Origin: Histomonas meleagridis 2922-C6/04-290x
Lineage: Eukaryota; Protista; Parabasalia
NCBI GenBank assembly: GCA_020184695.1
Contig: JAANOX010000214.1
Location: forward strand, 62,001-126,000
Length of the DNA: 64,000 nt
Direction of reading: 5' to 3'
Shown piece after piece: positions 9,830 to 20,793 of the stretch (position 1 is its first letter; each line of letters starts with the position of its first letter). Under the pieces are notes generated by a model. It saw nothing but the letters and a program-made list of their open reading frames with translations. It did not search any database and was not told the origin of the DNA. A program made the position numbers and the translations under genes.

Positions 9830-12800
9830 ATGGAAGTATCAAAAATCGATGCAAATTTCAAAATAATGTTTGAATATGTACAAAAGAAAAATATACCAAT
9901 TCCGGTTCTTAATCAAAGTATTATTTGTTTTCGACATAGTATTAATCTTCAATGGTTTAATCAATTTCTTGGAAAAGATTACATTCAATATTTAACAGAT
10001 GTTTGGATTGTACTACTCACTTTATCCACAGACGAGGATCCTAGTATTCGAATATCAACAACTAATACCATTGGTGCTTTATTATTCGTTTTAATGCCAT
10101 TTATTTCCAGAACCATTGTTATTTCTTTTCTTCATTCCCTCCATCAAATACATATTCAATCACCACATTTAACTTTAACAATAATAGCATGTTTTTGTCA
10201 TCTTTCCAAATATGTTTCAATTTCGGATAGCTCGTCTTTCTTTTCATACTTTCCAACATCCAAAGATTTTTTGATTGATTTTACTGATTTCCTTAAATAT
10301 TTACCAAAATTATTTCATGTCTTACAAACAACAGATACAACTTTTTTATTTCAAATTATCAAAACTTTAATAGATTCCTTTAGCCAAAAGCCAACAATTT
10401 CACTTATTAATTCCATTATTGAACTTTTAAAACATAATCCGAAAATTTTAATTCCAAATTTAATAAAATATATAAACGATAATTCATTAACACAAATCTT
10501 ATTAATGATTACACCGATTCTGCTTAAAAAGCAAACTACAGCGAATTATATTAATTCTGAAACACTTGAAAAACTTTTTACGTATTCTATTTCAATTATT
10601 TCTAATCCAAATTCAACTTTAACTGAATTTGAACAATCGATTCGAACAATTTCATCAATTTTATTCATAACAAACAAAGAATTACTTCCCGAAAAAATGT
10701 CAATAATTAAAAATTCACTTTCGAAAGAACTTCCAAAACATTTTCAAGTTTATGCATTACAAATATGTGATGATATAAGTGAATTAATATTAAATGAAAA
10801 TGATTCATTAAATATCAAAACAACAAAAATTTTAGGTTTGTCACATTTAATTCTTCGTGATTATAATAATGAAACAAAATTTGAGCAAGTTTTAAATATT
10901 TTTATTTCTCTTTTAAATCAAGGAGTCGAAATTGAAATCAAAACAAAAATTATTGAAATTTTTTCGAATTTATCATTAATAATTACCAAAAATTTATTAA
11001 CAAATGAAAAAATTTATAATTATTTGTCGAAAATTATTAAAACGTTTTTAAATGAAAAAAGTTCAAATTGGGTAATGAACATCGAATTACTTAAATTTAT
11101 TCAAGTTTTCGATATCGAAATTGGTGAATTATTAATTAAAAACTATGAAAAGAAAGTTATAAACATAATTTTTAATCATTGTTTTTCTAAACAAACCCCA
11201 TTAAGTTTAATTGCGTTAAAAACAATATCGAAAATAATTCGATATGATTCTGTTCCATATTTAACACATTTAATAATAACAAAAGTAAATTTTTTCGATG
11301 ATTTTAATATGTATAAAGTTTTTCAATTAATTAATTTCGTTTCTAAATCTTTAAATCCTGAAATATTTGAATGCTTGGAATCAATTATAGTTGAGTCGAT
11401 ATTAATTAATTCCAGTTCAATAAAAGGAATTTTCGAGGGAATAAAATATTTAAATAAAATTTCATCGAAATATTTATCGAATGAAATTATTGAAATTTGT
11501 TTTGATTTAATTAATAATATTTATAAGTCATTTACTGGTAAAAGTTTAAATATTAATTCTAAAATTAATTCAGAACCTTTACCATTAATAACAATACTTA
11601 TCGAAACTGATATTTTATTAAGAAATTTTGATGAAAATTTATATTTGTTAAAAACTATTAAACAATGTTTAAGATATATAATACGAAATGAAAATTATAA
11701 AGAAAACCTAACAATGTTATCTTTACAACTAATTCAAATATTCCCAATTGAGTCATTAAAGTTAATTACTAAAAGTAATTCATTAAATCAAATTCAAGCT
11801 GATTATTTTTTAGTACTTTTAAAAGATATAATTTTATCTTCAAATAATTTAAACGTTGTCAGTTTTTGCGTAAAGTATTATCAAAATTTTGTTAGTGATT
11901 TTGAGAATGATTCAATTATTGAATTAATTGAAAACTTTATAAATTCAAATATGATCCATAACGGTCGCCAATTATATATTTTTAATCAGTTTTTAACTAA
12001 ATCTAAAAATTCAAACATATGTGAAAAATCTATACATAATTTAGATCAACCTAATAAAAATTTATTCTATTTTTTAAAGGAAGATTCATCAATTAATAAT
12101 TTTGTTGAATGGATTAAAGATATACCATTTCAATATTATCCATTATTTGATTCTGAGTTTAAACAATTTCTTGAAGAAAACATAAATTTAATTGATACAA
12201 TAATATGTGATTTACCACTTTCAACTGAACATTTTATATTTATCTCAAAACATATTAATTTATTTACTAAAGAAATAATTAATGAAATAAATAAACAACA
12301 TAAACAAATTATATTTAAATATTTTTATAATGAGAAAATTATTATTAATAATAATATGATAAACGATGAAATACCAAAAATTTCTTCAATAATTCCATTC
12401 ATATATAACAAACAAAATATTCCAAAAAATATAATTTTAATAAATAATTTTTTTAAATTCGCAAATCTTAAAATTGATGATGAAATATGTAACAAATTAA
12501 TTCAACACTTATTTGATTTAAACTTTTATAATTTAGAAAATTCATTTAAATATATATTAAATAATGATATTAAACTAAATAAAAATGTTTTAGAAATGAT
12601 TTATCAGAATAATAATAATTTAACAACAAAAACATTATTATATTTATCTAAATATATAAATAAAAATAAAATTGAAATTCCAAATTTTTTAATTAACAAT
12701 AAAAATATTTCGATTGACTCAAAAATTACAATTTCGGATGCATATATACAGTTGAATCCACTTCAATACTTAAATGATCTCATTAAGAATTATAATTTTA

Positions 12801-13930
12801 AGTCAAAACAATCACTTTCATTAATATATTTCATGAACAAATTCGAAATCTCAATTGATATAATGTTAACATTTATAAACAAAAAAATTAAAAGAATTAC
12901 TTCTGTTTCATCGATAAAACAACTTTTATACTTCTTAAGAATTCTTCAAATAGTTTTTAATGAAATTATTACAAAAAATAACAAAAAAAACATCACAAAA
13001 ATTATAAATAATATAATTTCGAATATCGATTTCCTTTCTACTTGTCAATACATTAGTATTCATCAAGAAATAGCTAATTTAATATATTATTTCCCTTTCT
13101 TTGATATAAATGATTTGATTTTTGATGAATTAATTTTATATTTAAATAATTTTCATTCAATTTTCGGGAATTCAATGGTTTATTTGAAACCATCGGCTAA
13201 TATATTTTTATATTCAAATAAATTAACAAAATGTTTATCTATTAATTCATTAAATGTATTTAATAATAAAATTCCTTCTTTTATTCTTAAATCACATACT
13301 TCTTTGATGATAATATTGAAATCTAATGAAAATATAAATTCATATTTTAATGTTATTTATCAATCAGTTATTAATGTGATTAAATCGATTGGCCGAAATC
13401 CAATTATCCAAAAAAGTATGTTAGAATTGATTAAAACAATTTTTTGGAATGATAAAAATAATCTGAAAGATTTAAAGAAAAATGTTTTTCCTGATTTAAA
13501 ATATTTCGCTATGATTCAAGTGAAAAATAATTTTAAATTAAAAAATTTTTGTGCTGAAATATTAAATGTGATTTTGAATAATGATAATAACTTCGAAATT
13601 ACGTTTTTTAATGAGATGAATTTAATAAATGGGAAGAAATTTGTTGACGAAATAAAAATGAAAGAGAATAATATTATTATTTGTATAAAGAAATTGTTCG
13701 GAAATATAAATTTAGTTAAAGAAAAATTTTTCTTGTTTTATGTTTTGTTTAATATTTTAATTAAAAAATTTAAAGAAGAACAAATAATAGAAAATAAAGA
13801 AAATATATTTGAAATAATAGAATCATTAAATTTAGAAGAAATGGAAAAATATGTTCTGAAAAAAGGAGTAACATTGGAAAAAACTGATGTTTTAAATGCT
13901 GCAATAGAAATAGAAAATAAAATGTTATAA
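9830..13930 (+). CDS. Large (1366 aa) probable HEAT/ARM alpha-solenoid protein of unknown function
   Basis: Long intact ORF rich in L/I/N/K. It has a HEAT-like motif LLTLSTDEDPSIRISTTNTIGALL, and the stop lies in TAATAAA. Confidence 0.7.
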   Translation: MEVSKIDANFKIMFEYVQKKNIPIPVLNQSIICFRHSINLQWFNQFLGKDYIQYLTDVWIVLLTLSTDEDPSIRISTTNTIGALLFVLMPFISRTIVISFLHSLHQIHIQSPHLTLTIIACFCHLSKYVSISDSSSFFSYFPTSKDFLIDFTDFLKYLPKLFHVLQTTDTTFLFQIIKTLIDSFSQKPTISLINSIIELLKHNPKILIPNLIKYINDNSLTQILLMITPILLKKQTTANYINSETLEKLFTYSISIISNPNSTLTEFEQSIRTISSILFITNKELLPEKMSIIKNSLSKELPKHFQVYALQICDDISELILNENDSLNIKTTKILGLSHLILRDYNNETKFEQVLNIFISLLNQGVEIEIKTKIIEIFSNLSLIITKNLLTNEKIYNYLSKIIKTFLNEKSSNWVMNIELLKFIQVFDIEIGELLIKNYEKKVINIIFNHCFSKQTPLSLIALKTISKIIRYDSVPYLTHLIITKVNFFDDFNMYKVFQLINFVSKSLNPEIFECLESIIVESILINSSSIKGIFEGIKYLNKISSKYLSNEIIEICFDLINNIYKSFTGKSLNINSKINSEPLPLITILIETDILLRNFDENLYLLKTIKQCLRYIIRNENYKENLTMLSLQLIQIFPIESLKLITKSNSLNQIQADYFLVLLKDIILSSNNLNVVSFCVKYYQNFVSDFENDSIIELIENFINSNMIHNGRQLYIFNQFLTKSKNSNICEKSIHNLDQPNKNLFYFLKEDSSINNFVEWIKDIPFQYYPLFDSEFKQFLEENINLIDTIICDLPLSTEHFIFISKHINLFTKEIINEINKQHKQIIFKYFYNEKIIINNNMINDEIPKISSIIPFIYNKQNIPKNIILINNFFKFANLKIDDEICNKLIQHLFDLNFYNLENSFKYILNNDIKLNKNVLEMIYQNNNNLTTKTLLYLSKYINKNKIEIPNFLINNKNISIDSKITISDAYIQLNPLQYLNDLIKNYNFKSKQSLSLIYFMNKFEISIDIMLTFINKKIKRITSVSSIKQLLYFLRILQIVFNEIITKNNKKNITKIINNIISNIDFLSTCQYISIHQEIANLIYYFPFFDINDLIFDELILYLNNFHSIFGNSMVYLKPSANIFLYSNKLTKCLSINSLNVFNNKIPSFILKSHTSLMIILKSNENINSYFNVIYQSVINVIKSIGRNPIIQKSMLELIKTIFWNDKNNLKDLKKNVFPDLKYFAMIQVKNNFKLKNFCAEILNVILNNDNNFEITFFNEMNLINGKKFVDEIKMKENNIIICIKKLFGNINLVKEKFFLFYVLFNILIKKFKEEQIIENKENIFEIIESLNLEEMEKYVLKKGVTLEKTDVLNAAIEIENKML

Positions 13931-14103
13931 TAAACATAAATGTTTTTATTCATTTGTTTATTTAAAAAACATATCAAACAACATGAAATATATTATTCTT
14001 TTTCTTATATCAGTTATTACGAATTTTCCAAAGATAACCAATGCAATGAAGGCACACATGAAAAGCATAATTAACTTATTTTGTTTTAATTCAGATAGAT
14101 TGA

Positions 14104-14391
14104 GAGATAAATGTTTGTTTTAAATTAGGACGACAAAAAGATAAAGAAAAATTAACAGAAGAAAAGACGACTGCAGAAGAGAGAGAAAAACAATTAGAAG
14201 AAAGTAAAAGTGTTCCTACTGAAGATCCACCTAAAAAGTTAAAAGAAAAATCACCAGGGGAACACAATAGTAAAAAAAAAATCGTGAACAACACTTTTCA
14301 AAAAGTGGTATCAATTTGTCAAAGTATCGTATTATTTTCACTACTTTACACCCTTGAGTTTACAGGTTTGGCCAAAGCCCGTACTTTTTAG
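14104..14391 (+). other. Startless 96-codon K/E-rich open frame (small gene with a homopolymer indel, or a remnant)
   Basis: Open from after TGA 14101-14103 to TAG 14389-14391 with no in-frame ATG. ATG 14111 would join this frame if one extra T were present in the run at 14118-14121. Confidence 0.3.
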
Positions 14392-14957
14392 ATATCTCAC
14401 AATTTCTTGGGTTGATCAGAAATAATTGAATATCGGTCGAACTTTTTGATATATTATTCATACCGGTTCTATTCAATAATTTGACTATGTGGCAAGCCAA
14501 TTATCCTGATTTCAAACTAAGTCTCATGCAGACTTCCCCCTTAATGAAATTAATTCCCGGATTTTTTTTGCTCTATGGATTATATGATTGGCACAAGACA
14601 TTTGCCACTAGGAACAGGTTTGAAATTCAATTAAATTATTCTGACTCTAAGGTAAGCAAATTTTACTCACAAATGTCACATTCTGAGAAATTGTTCTCTC
14701 AAGGAATTAAGAATCTGCCACACATTATTTATAATATTTGGTTTCTTACGGGTGTACAACCATCTAATTCAAAATATTCTTTAAATTTAATGAGCTTTCT
14801 AAGCTTTTATTTTGGTTCATCACAAATTTTCTCTGATATTTTTTTAGTCAAAATCATTTTAACATTTTTTTTATTTATCTGTATTTGTTATTTCTTGATC
14901 TCCAAAACAATAAAAAGTGTTCGAAATATCTTCAAAGAAGTCAATAACCAAAAAAAT

Positions 14958-17900
14958 ATGGCCTTTTTATTTATGATTCTATTTTTTGTGCATTCATTTG
15001 AAATATATAATTCAGAAACTCAAACGCTTACCATAACCAATTCTAGTGAATTTAATAAGAGAAACACATATAACACAGCATTACAAGTTAATATTAATGG
15101 TATTGATGATATTGAAGATAATGCCTTTGTGAGATGGACAACTTTGATCTCTGTAGAAATCGGGAACTCAGTTTATTCAATTGGTGAATATTCTTTTGGA
15201 TATTGTACTTCTCTAGAAAACATAACTATTGGAGATAATGTTAAATCAATTGGCGATTATGCATTTCGACAATGTAGTAAATTAAACGAAATTAATTTCG
15301 GGGAAAATTTAACTTCAATTGGAGTTTATTCGTTTTATTTGTGTATATCTTTAACTGAAATAATAATTCCAGATTTAGTTTCATCGATAGGAAATTATGC
15401 ATTCCGTGGATGTTCATCATTATTAAGTATTACAATCCCAGACTTAGTTAATGAAATTAATCTTTATACATTTCATTCATGTACAAGTCTAGAAACAGTT
15501 TTACTTGGAGAAAATATATCATCAATTAAGAATTACGCATTTATTTCATGTTCTTCATTAAAAAGCATCACAATTCCAAAATCAGTAACTTCGATTGGAA
15601 CAGCTGTATTTATGGGATGTATAAGTTTGCAGACAATTCAAGTATCAAATGAAAATGAAAAATATTCTTCAAGTGGTGGTATTCTTTATAATAAGGCTGC
15701 TACAACACTTATTTGTTTTCCTGCTGGAAATTCTTATGCAAGTTTTCAAGTACCAAATACAGTTACAAAGATCGATTCTTATTCATTTTATCAATGTTCT
15801 TCATTAGGAAAAGTTTCTCTTCCAGATCCATTAACATCAGTTGGTAATTATGCATTTTATCAATGCTATAAAATAGAATCATTTACATTTGGTGAAAAAG
15901 TAAAAACAATTGGAAATTATGCATTTTATTCATGTATTTTAATAGGATCAATTGTAATCCCAGATAAAGTTACTAGTATTGGAACATATGCATTTAGTAA
16001 TTGTACAAATATAGGAAAAGTTACACTTGGTGCAAAAGTTCAAAAAATTAATAATTTTGCATTTAGTCTCTGTATTTCATTAAAAACGATTCAAATTCCA
16101 GCCTCAGTTAATACAATTGGAACACACCCATTTATGGGATGTAAGTCACTTGAATTTATTGATGTATCAACTGAAAACTCTGATTATACAAATGATGATA
16201 ATGGAATTCTTTATAACAAAAATAAGACCACACTCATTTGTTATCCAGCAGGAGTTACACAGCAATCATTTCAAATTTCAAACGCAATTATGACAATTAA
16301 TGATTATGCGTTTTATCAATGTATATTTTTAGAAAATATAATAATTCCTGTTACAATAAATTCTATCGGTAATTATGTGTTTTATGAATGTTCATCATTA
16401 TTAAACATTGAAATCCCAAATCAGATTACTTCAATTGGAGATTATGAGTTTTATAATTGTTCTGATTTAGAAACAGTAATAATCGGAACAAATGTAAAAA
16501 CAATTGGAACTTATGCATTTTATTTTTGTACATCTTTAGCGAATATTAATATTCCAGAATCAATTACTTCAATTGGAAGTTATGCATTCTCTGAATGTTC
16601 TTTGTTATTACAAATAACAATTCCAAATTTAGTTTCTTTAATCGAAACATATTCATTTTATTCTTGTTCCAATTTAGCAAAAGTTAATATAGGTGAAAGT
16701 GTTATAACAATTGGTCCATCTGCTTTTCAACTATGTGAGAAATTAGAAACAGTAACAATTGAATCAAATTTGAAAGAAATTCAAAATAATGCATTTCGAT
16801 CATGTTCTTCCTTATTGTATATTAATATTCCAAATTCAGTAACAACAATTGGAGCAAATTCATTTTATTCGTGTTCTAATTTAATGAATGTTACAATTCC
16901 TGATTCGGTTTTAACAATTGGAAGTTCGGTATTTTATCAATGTATAAATCTTGAAAAAGCAATTGTTGGTAATGGAGTTTCAACAGTTAGTAATAGTGCA
17001 TTTCGTTATTGTAATAGTTTATATAATGTTTCATTTGGTAAAAATATAACAACATTTGAAAATTATGCATTTAGTAATTGCAAATCTTTATCAAACATTA
17101 CAATTCCAATATCAACAACAACAATTGGAAATTATGCATTTTCTAAAACTATAATAACAAGCATCATAATTCCAAATTTAGTTACTTCAATTGGAAATTA
17201 TGCTTTTTATTCATGTTCTGAACTTAAAATCGTTAATATTGGAAATAATGTGATATCTATTGGAACTTCTGCATTTCGCTCATGTATTTTATTAAAAAAC
17301 ATTTCTCTTGATGAAAATTTGGAAACAATTGGTCCATATGCATTTTATCAATGCCCTTTATTGACTTTAATTATTCCAAATTTAGTAACATCAATTGGAA
17401 ATAATGCATTTTACAAATGCGTAGATTTAAAAACAGTTGTCATAGGAGAAAATGTTATAACGATTGGAAATAATGCATTTCAGCAATGTGAAAAATTAGA
17501 AGCAGTTCAAATTGGAAATAATGTAAATACAATTGGAACATCTTCATTTCAAGGATGCACTTTAATAACAAATATTACAATTCCCAATCTAGTAACATCA
17601 ATTGGTAATTATGCATTTCAAAACTGCGAAGGTTTAGAAACAATAATCATTGGCGAAAGTGTTGAATCAATTGGAAGTTATGCATTTCAAAACTGTAATA
17701 ATCTTAAATGTGTTTATTACACAGGATATACATCACCGAAATCCATAAATTCAAATGCATTCGAAAATGTACAAATAGGATATGTAATGACATCTGATTT
17801 ATATGAAGAAACAACGTTTGGTAAATTTGATGTATCTAAAGGTTCATCAATTGAAGGATGTGCTCAATATCCTTGGCCAACGCATACGTTCACAAATTCA

Positions 17901-18551
17901 AATTCATTTACAAATTCAAACACATTTTCAAATACATTTACTAAATCAAACACATTTACAAAATCAAATACATTTTCGAGTTCAAATACATATACAAAAT
18001 CAAATGTATTTACAAAATCAAATGTATTTACTAACTCAAATACATTTACTTCTTCGAAACCATTTGGTTTAACATTTATTAAGACACTAATTTATTCAGA
18101 ATTAATTACACAAACAGTTATACCTAAAACTGTTACCACGAACACTATTACTCTTTCAATAATTAGTTCATCATATTCATATATTGAAACAATGTTTATT
18201 TATTATAACTATACAGTTATTGCATATTCATCATATATTTCATATTATACGGGATTTTATTCAATTGTTAAGCAAAATGAAAATATAACAAATAATGATC
18301 AAAGTAATTCTAATCTAATTATAATTATTGTTTGCGTTTGTGTGGCAGTAGTTATAATTGTTGTTGTACTTGTAATACTTTTAATCAGAATTAGAAATAA
18401 AAAGGAACACAACGAAGAAAGTGCTGTTGATGAAAATATGGATAATGACTATAACCTTTCAACTAATAACTTGTCAATGAATATATCCAATATTTCAGAA
18501 GATCCATTCGCTGAAGATTTCAAAGAAGATGAGTTCTTTGGTGCAATATAA
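14958..18551 (+). CDS. BspA-like (TpLRR/LRR_5) type I surface protein
   Basis: About 36 repeats of the L..I.IP..V..IG..AF..C type and two YxxxxGILYNK..TTLICxPAG inserts. Signal-like MAFLFMILFFVHSF at 14958, T/S/N/F-rich stalk, TM segment LIIIIVCVCVAVVIIVVVLVILLI, acidic tail EDPFAEDFKEDEFFGAI. The ORF is open from 14481. Confidence 0.95.
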   Translation: MAFLFMILFFVHSFEIYNSETQTLTITNSSEFNKRNTYNTALQVNINGIDDIEDNAFVRWTTLISVEIGNSVYSIGEYSFGYCTSLENITIGDNVKSIGDYAFRQCSKLNEINFGENLTSIGVYSFYLCISLTEIIIPDLVSSIGNYAFRGCSSLLSITIPDLVNEINLYTFHSCTSLETVLLGENISSIKNYAFISCSSLKSITIPKSVTSIGTAVFMGCISLQTIQVSNENEKYSSSGGILYNKAATTLICFPAGNSYASFQVPNTVTKIDSYSFYQCSSLGKVSLPDPLTSVGNYAFYQCYKIESFTFGEKVKTIGNYAFYSCILIGSIVIPDKVTSIGTYAFSNCTNIGKVTLGAKVQKINNFAFSLCISLKTIQIPASVNTIGTHPFMGCKSLEFIDVSTENSDYTNDDNGILYNKNKTTLICYPAGVTQQSFQISNAIMTINDYAFYQCIFLENIIIPVTINSIGNYVFYECSSLLNIEIPNQITSIGDYEFYNCSDLETVIIGTNVKTIGTYAFYFCTSLANINIPESITSIGSYAFSECSLLLQITIPNLVSLIETYSFYSCSNLAKVNIGESVITIGPSAFQLCEKLETVTIESNLKEIQNNAFRSCSSLLYINIPNSVTTIGANSFYSCSNLMNVTIPDSVLTIGSSVFYQCINLEKAIVGNGVSTVSNSAFRYCNSLYNVSFGKNITTFENYAFSNCKSLSNITIPISTTTIGNYAFSKTIITSIIIPNLVTSIGNYAFYSCSELKIVNIGNNVISIGTSAFRSCILLKNISLDENLETIGPYAFYQCPLLTLIIPNLVTSIGNNAFYKCVDLKTVVIGENVITIGNNAFQQCEKLEAVQIGNNVNTIGTSSFQGCTLITNITIPNLVTSIGNYAFQNCEGLETIIIGESVESIGSYAFQNCNNLKCVYYTGYTSPKSINSNAFENVQIGYVMTSDLYEETTFGKFDVSKGSSIEGCAQYPWPTHTFTNSNSFTNSNTFSNTFTKSNTFTKSNTFSSSNTYTKSNVFTKSNVFTNSNTFTSSKPFGLTFIKTLIYSELITQTVIPKTVTTNTITLSIISSSYSYIETMFIYYNYTVIAYSSYISYYTGFYSIVKQNENITNNDQSNSNLIIIIVCVCVAVVIIVVVLVILLIRIRNKKEHNEESAVDENMDNDYNLSTNNLSMNISNISEDPFAEDFKEDEFFGAI
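17890..18050 (+). repeat. Degenerate 18-nt (hexapeptide FTKSNT) tandem repeat encoding the BspA stalk
   Basis: Repeated TTTACAAAATCAAATACA-like units. Confidence 0.85.
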
Positions 18552-18876
18552 AACAAAATTTTTATTTCTGCTACTTAGAAATAAATAAAATCGGATTAGT
18601 ATTAATATTTTTTTTAGCATTTTTTTTTAAATTTTTATTAATTTTTAATATCATATAATTTTTAATAATTTTTGATCCCTTTGTTCTTATACATTTTAAT
18701 TTTCATTTTACTTTTGCAATCCGAAATATTGATTCAATAATAATTCATTTTTTAGCATCATTTTTATATACATAATATTATTTTTTTTTGTTTATATTTG
18801 AAGAAATATGTTATTGAAACACTTTGTTCATTTTATTTCTTAAAAAGATTTTCAAAAAGTATTCAAAAACACATTT

Positions 18877-19464
18877 TTAATAAGATGAAGATGACAATAC
18901 AAAATCAGAACTCGATGAAATTAAGTTTCGTTTTTTCTCACGTTCTTTTTTAAACTCCTGCTGCGATATATCTACAAGCCTGTAAAGTGAAATATCATCA
19001 TATCTTTGCGTATCTTGCGTTTGGAAATTGCGGTCTGATGAATTCATTTCTTCCTCTTCATAGTAATCCTCATCAGATTGAGTAGTCTGTGTCTCCAAAG
19101 CGCATTGTGATTCAATAAATTGATAAAAGCGAAGCTTGTCTTTTTTAAGCTGAGGAGGAGAACAACTTCCTGATGACAGATCTTTTTGATCATCATCATC
19201 ATCAATGTTTTTGGTTTCATGGGAAAGAAACTTTGGATTTATTTGAGTTTGTGTGTGTGATGTATTTGAAATCAAAGAATAATCACTTTCGTCTATTTGT
19301 TCTAACATATTTTCTTGTAATTCATCTGAGAATGAATCAATTACAAAATCTGATTCTGAAACAAAAGATTCGCTTTCAGAAAATTCAAAATGTATTTTGC
19401 CTTCAGAGTTTGGTGAACTTGGAATTTCGATAATTATCTGTGGAGAAGAATTTTTTTGAAACAT
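18877..19464 (-). CDS. Acidic, Ser-rich, probably disordered hypothetical protein
   Basis: 195-aa ATG ORF with D/E/S low-complexity tracts, divergent from the phosphatase gene. Confidence 0.65.
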   Translation of the reverse strand: MFQKNSSPQIIIEIPSSPNSEGKIHFEFSESESFVSESDFVIDSFSDELQENMLEQIDESDYSLISNTSHTQTQINPKFLSHETKNIDDDDDQKDLSSGSCSPPQLKKDKLRFYQFIESQCALETQTTQSDEDYYEEEEMNSSDRNFQTQDTQRYDDISLYRLVDISQQEFKKEREKKRNLISSSSDFVLSSSSY

Positions 19465-19525
19465 AAATTTCTTTTTAAACGGTTGCGAGTAAAGTATTTA
19501 ATTCTTGTGGGCGCCATTTTTTAAA

Positions 19526-20530
19526 ATGGACGAAGTTGATTCCATAATTTTAAGTGTCCTTAAACTTCGAATGAACAAAACACGTTTTAATAAAAAGTCA
19601 ATAACAGTTGGTGAAGTTGTAAATCTTTGCAATTCAGCTCAATCAACATTATCAAAGGATCCATTTCTTCTCAAATTAAATGGAGATTTTGTCGTGTGTG
19701 GTGATATCCATGGAAGCGTTGATGACTTGATTCGAATTTTCCATCATTTTGGTTATCCGCCAAAGTCAAATTATTTATTTTTAGGCGATTATGTTGATCG
19801 TGGCTATGCTTCTATTGAAGTCCTACTACTTTTATTCTCTCTTAAAATAAAATTTCCACAAAACATATACTTACTTCGAGGAAATCATGAATGCCATCAA
19901 GTTTGTTCAATTTATGGATTCCAAGCTGAGTGCTTTCGTAAATTGAATAAGCAATGTTATAACAAATTTTTAGAGTGCTTTCAACAATTATCAATAGCTG
20001 CCATTATTAATAACAAGATCATTTGCCTTCATGGAGGAATATCACCACAGATCAAAAAACTCAGCGTTTTAGAAGAATTAAAAAAACCTAGAAACATTCC
20101 AGATAGTGGGCCAATAGCAGATATCTTATGGAGTGATCCTGACAGATCTGTTAAAAAATATACTCCAAGCGAAAGAGGTGTTGGTTATTTATTCGGTTTT
20201 GAGCCTTTGATTGAATTTCTTGATAATAATGATTTACAAAATTTAATCAGATCACATGAAGTCTGTGAAAGGGGGTTTGAATATCCTTTTTTAGTACATA
20301 ATAGTGGTAATGAATCACAACAAAAAAGACTTTTAACAATTTTCTCTTCATGTAATTATTGTGGAGATAGAAACGATGGAGCTGTTGCAAATGTGGTCAA
20401 TCAAGATATTAATATCGTTACATTTAAATCTTTATCCAAAAACGAGTCCAAAAAATTCAGGGTTATTATCCCAGATTTCCTATTGGATAAATCAAATCCA
20501 AAGAAAAAACCAGAATTTGATGAAAATTGA
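19526..20530 (+). CDS. Ser/Thr protein phosphatase, PPP family (PP1-like)
   Basis: GDIHG, GDYVDRG, RGNHE, HGG, RSHE and FSSCNYCG motifs; first ATG at 19526. Confidence 0.95.
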   Translation: MDEVDSIILSVLKLRMNKTRFNKKSITVGEVVNLCNSAQSTLSKDPFLLKLNGDFVVCGDIHGSVDDLIRIFHHFGYPPKSNYLFLGDYVDRGYASIEVLLLLFSLKIKFPQNIYLLRGNHECHQVCSIYGFQAECFRKLNKQCYNKFLECFQQLSIAAIINNKIICLHGGISPQIKKLSVLEELKKPRNIPDSGPIADILWSDPDRSVKKYTPSERGVGYLFGFEPLIEFLDNNDLQNLIRSHEVCERGFEYPFLVHNSGNESQQKRLLTIFSSCNYCGDRNDGAVANVVNQDINIVTFKSLSKNESKKFRVIIPDFLLDKSNPKKKPEFDEN

Positions 20531-20793
20531 ATCAATTTAATTGATAGTTTTTTTTATAGAAATAAATTTCACCATAAAAAATTTTCTTGCTTTAGAACTC
20601 AACACATAAAATTGCCGATGACAGATGACATTTTGACAAACAAACATAGTCAAACACAAACTCTAAGTTTCATTTTTTGAATAGTTTATTCAATCCTTTT
20701 TTACTGTTTTTCGGTACAACAAAATTTACTTTTTATTTGGTACTCAAAAAAAAAGTTTTCAGTGCAAATAACCGAAAATAATTCAAAAATTGA

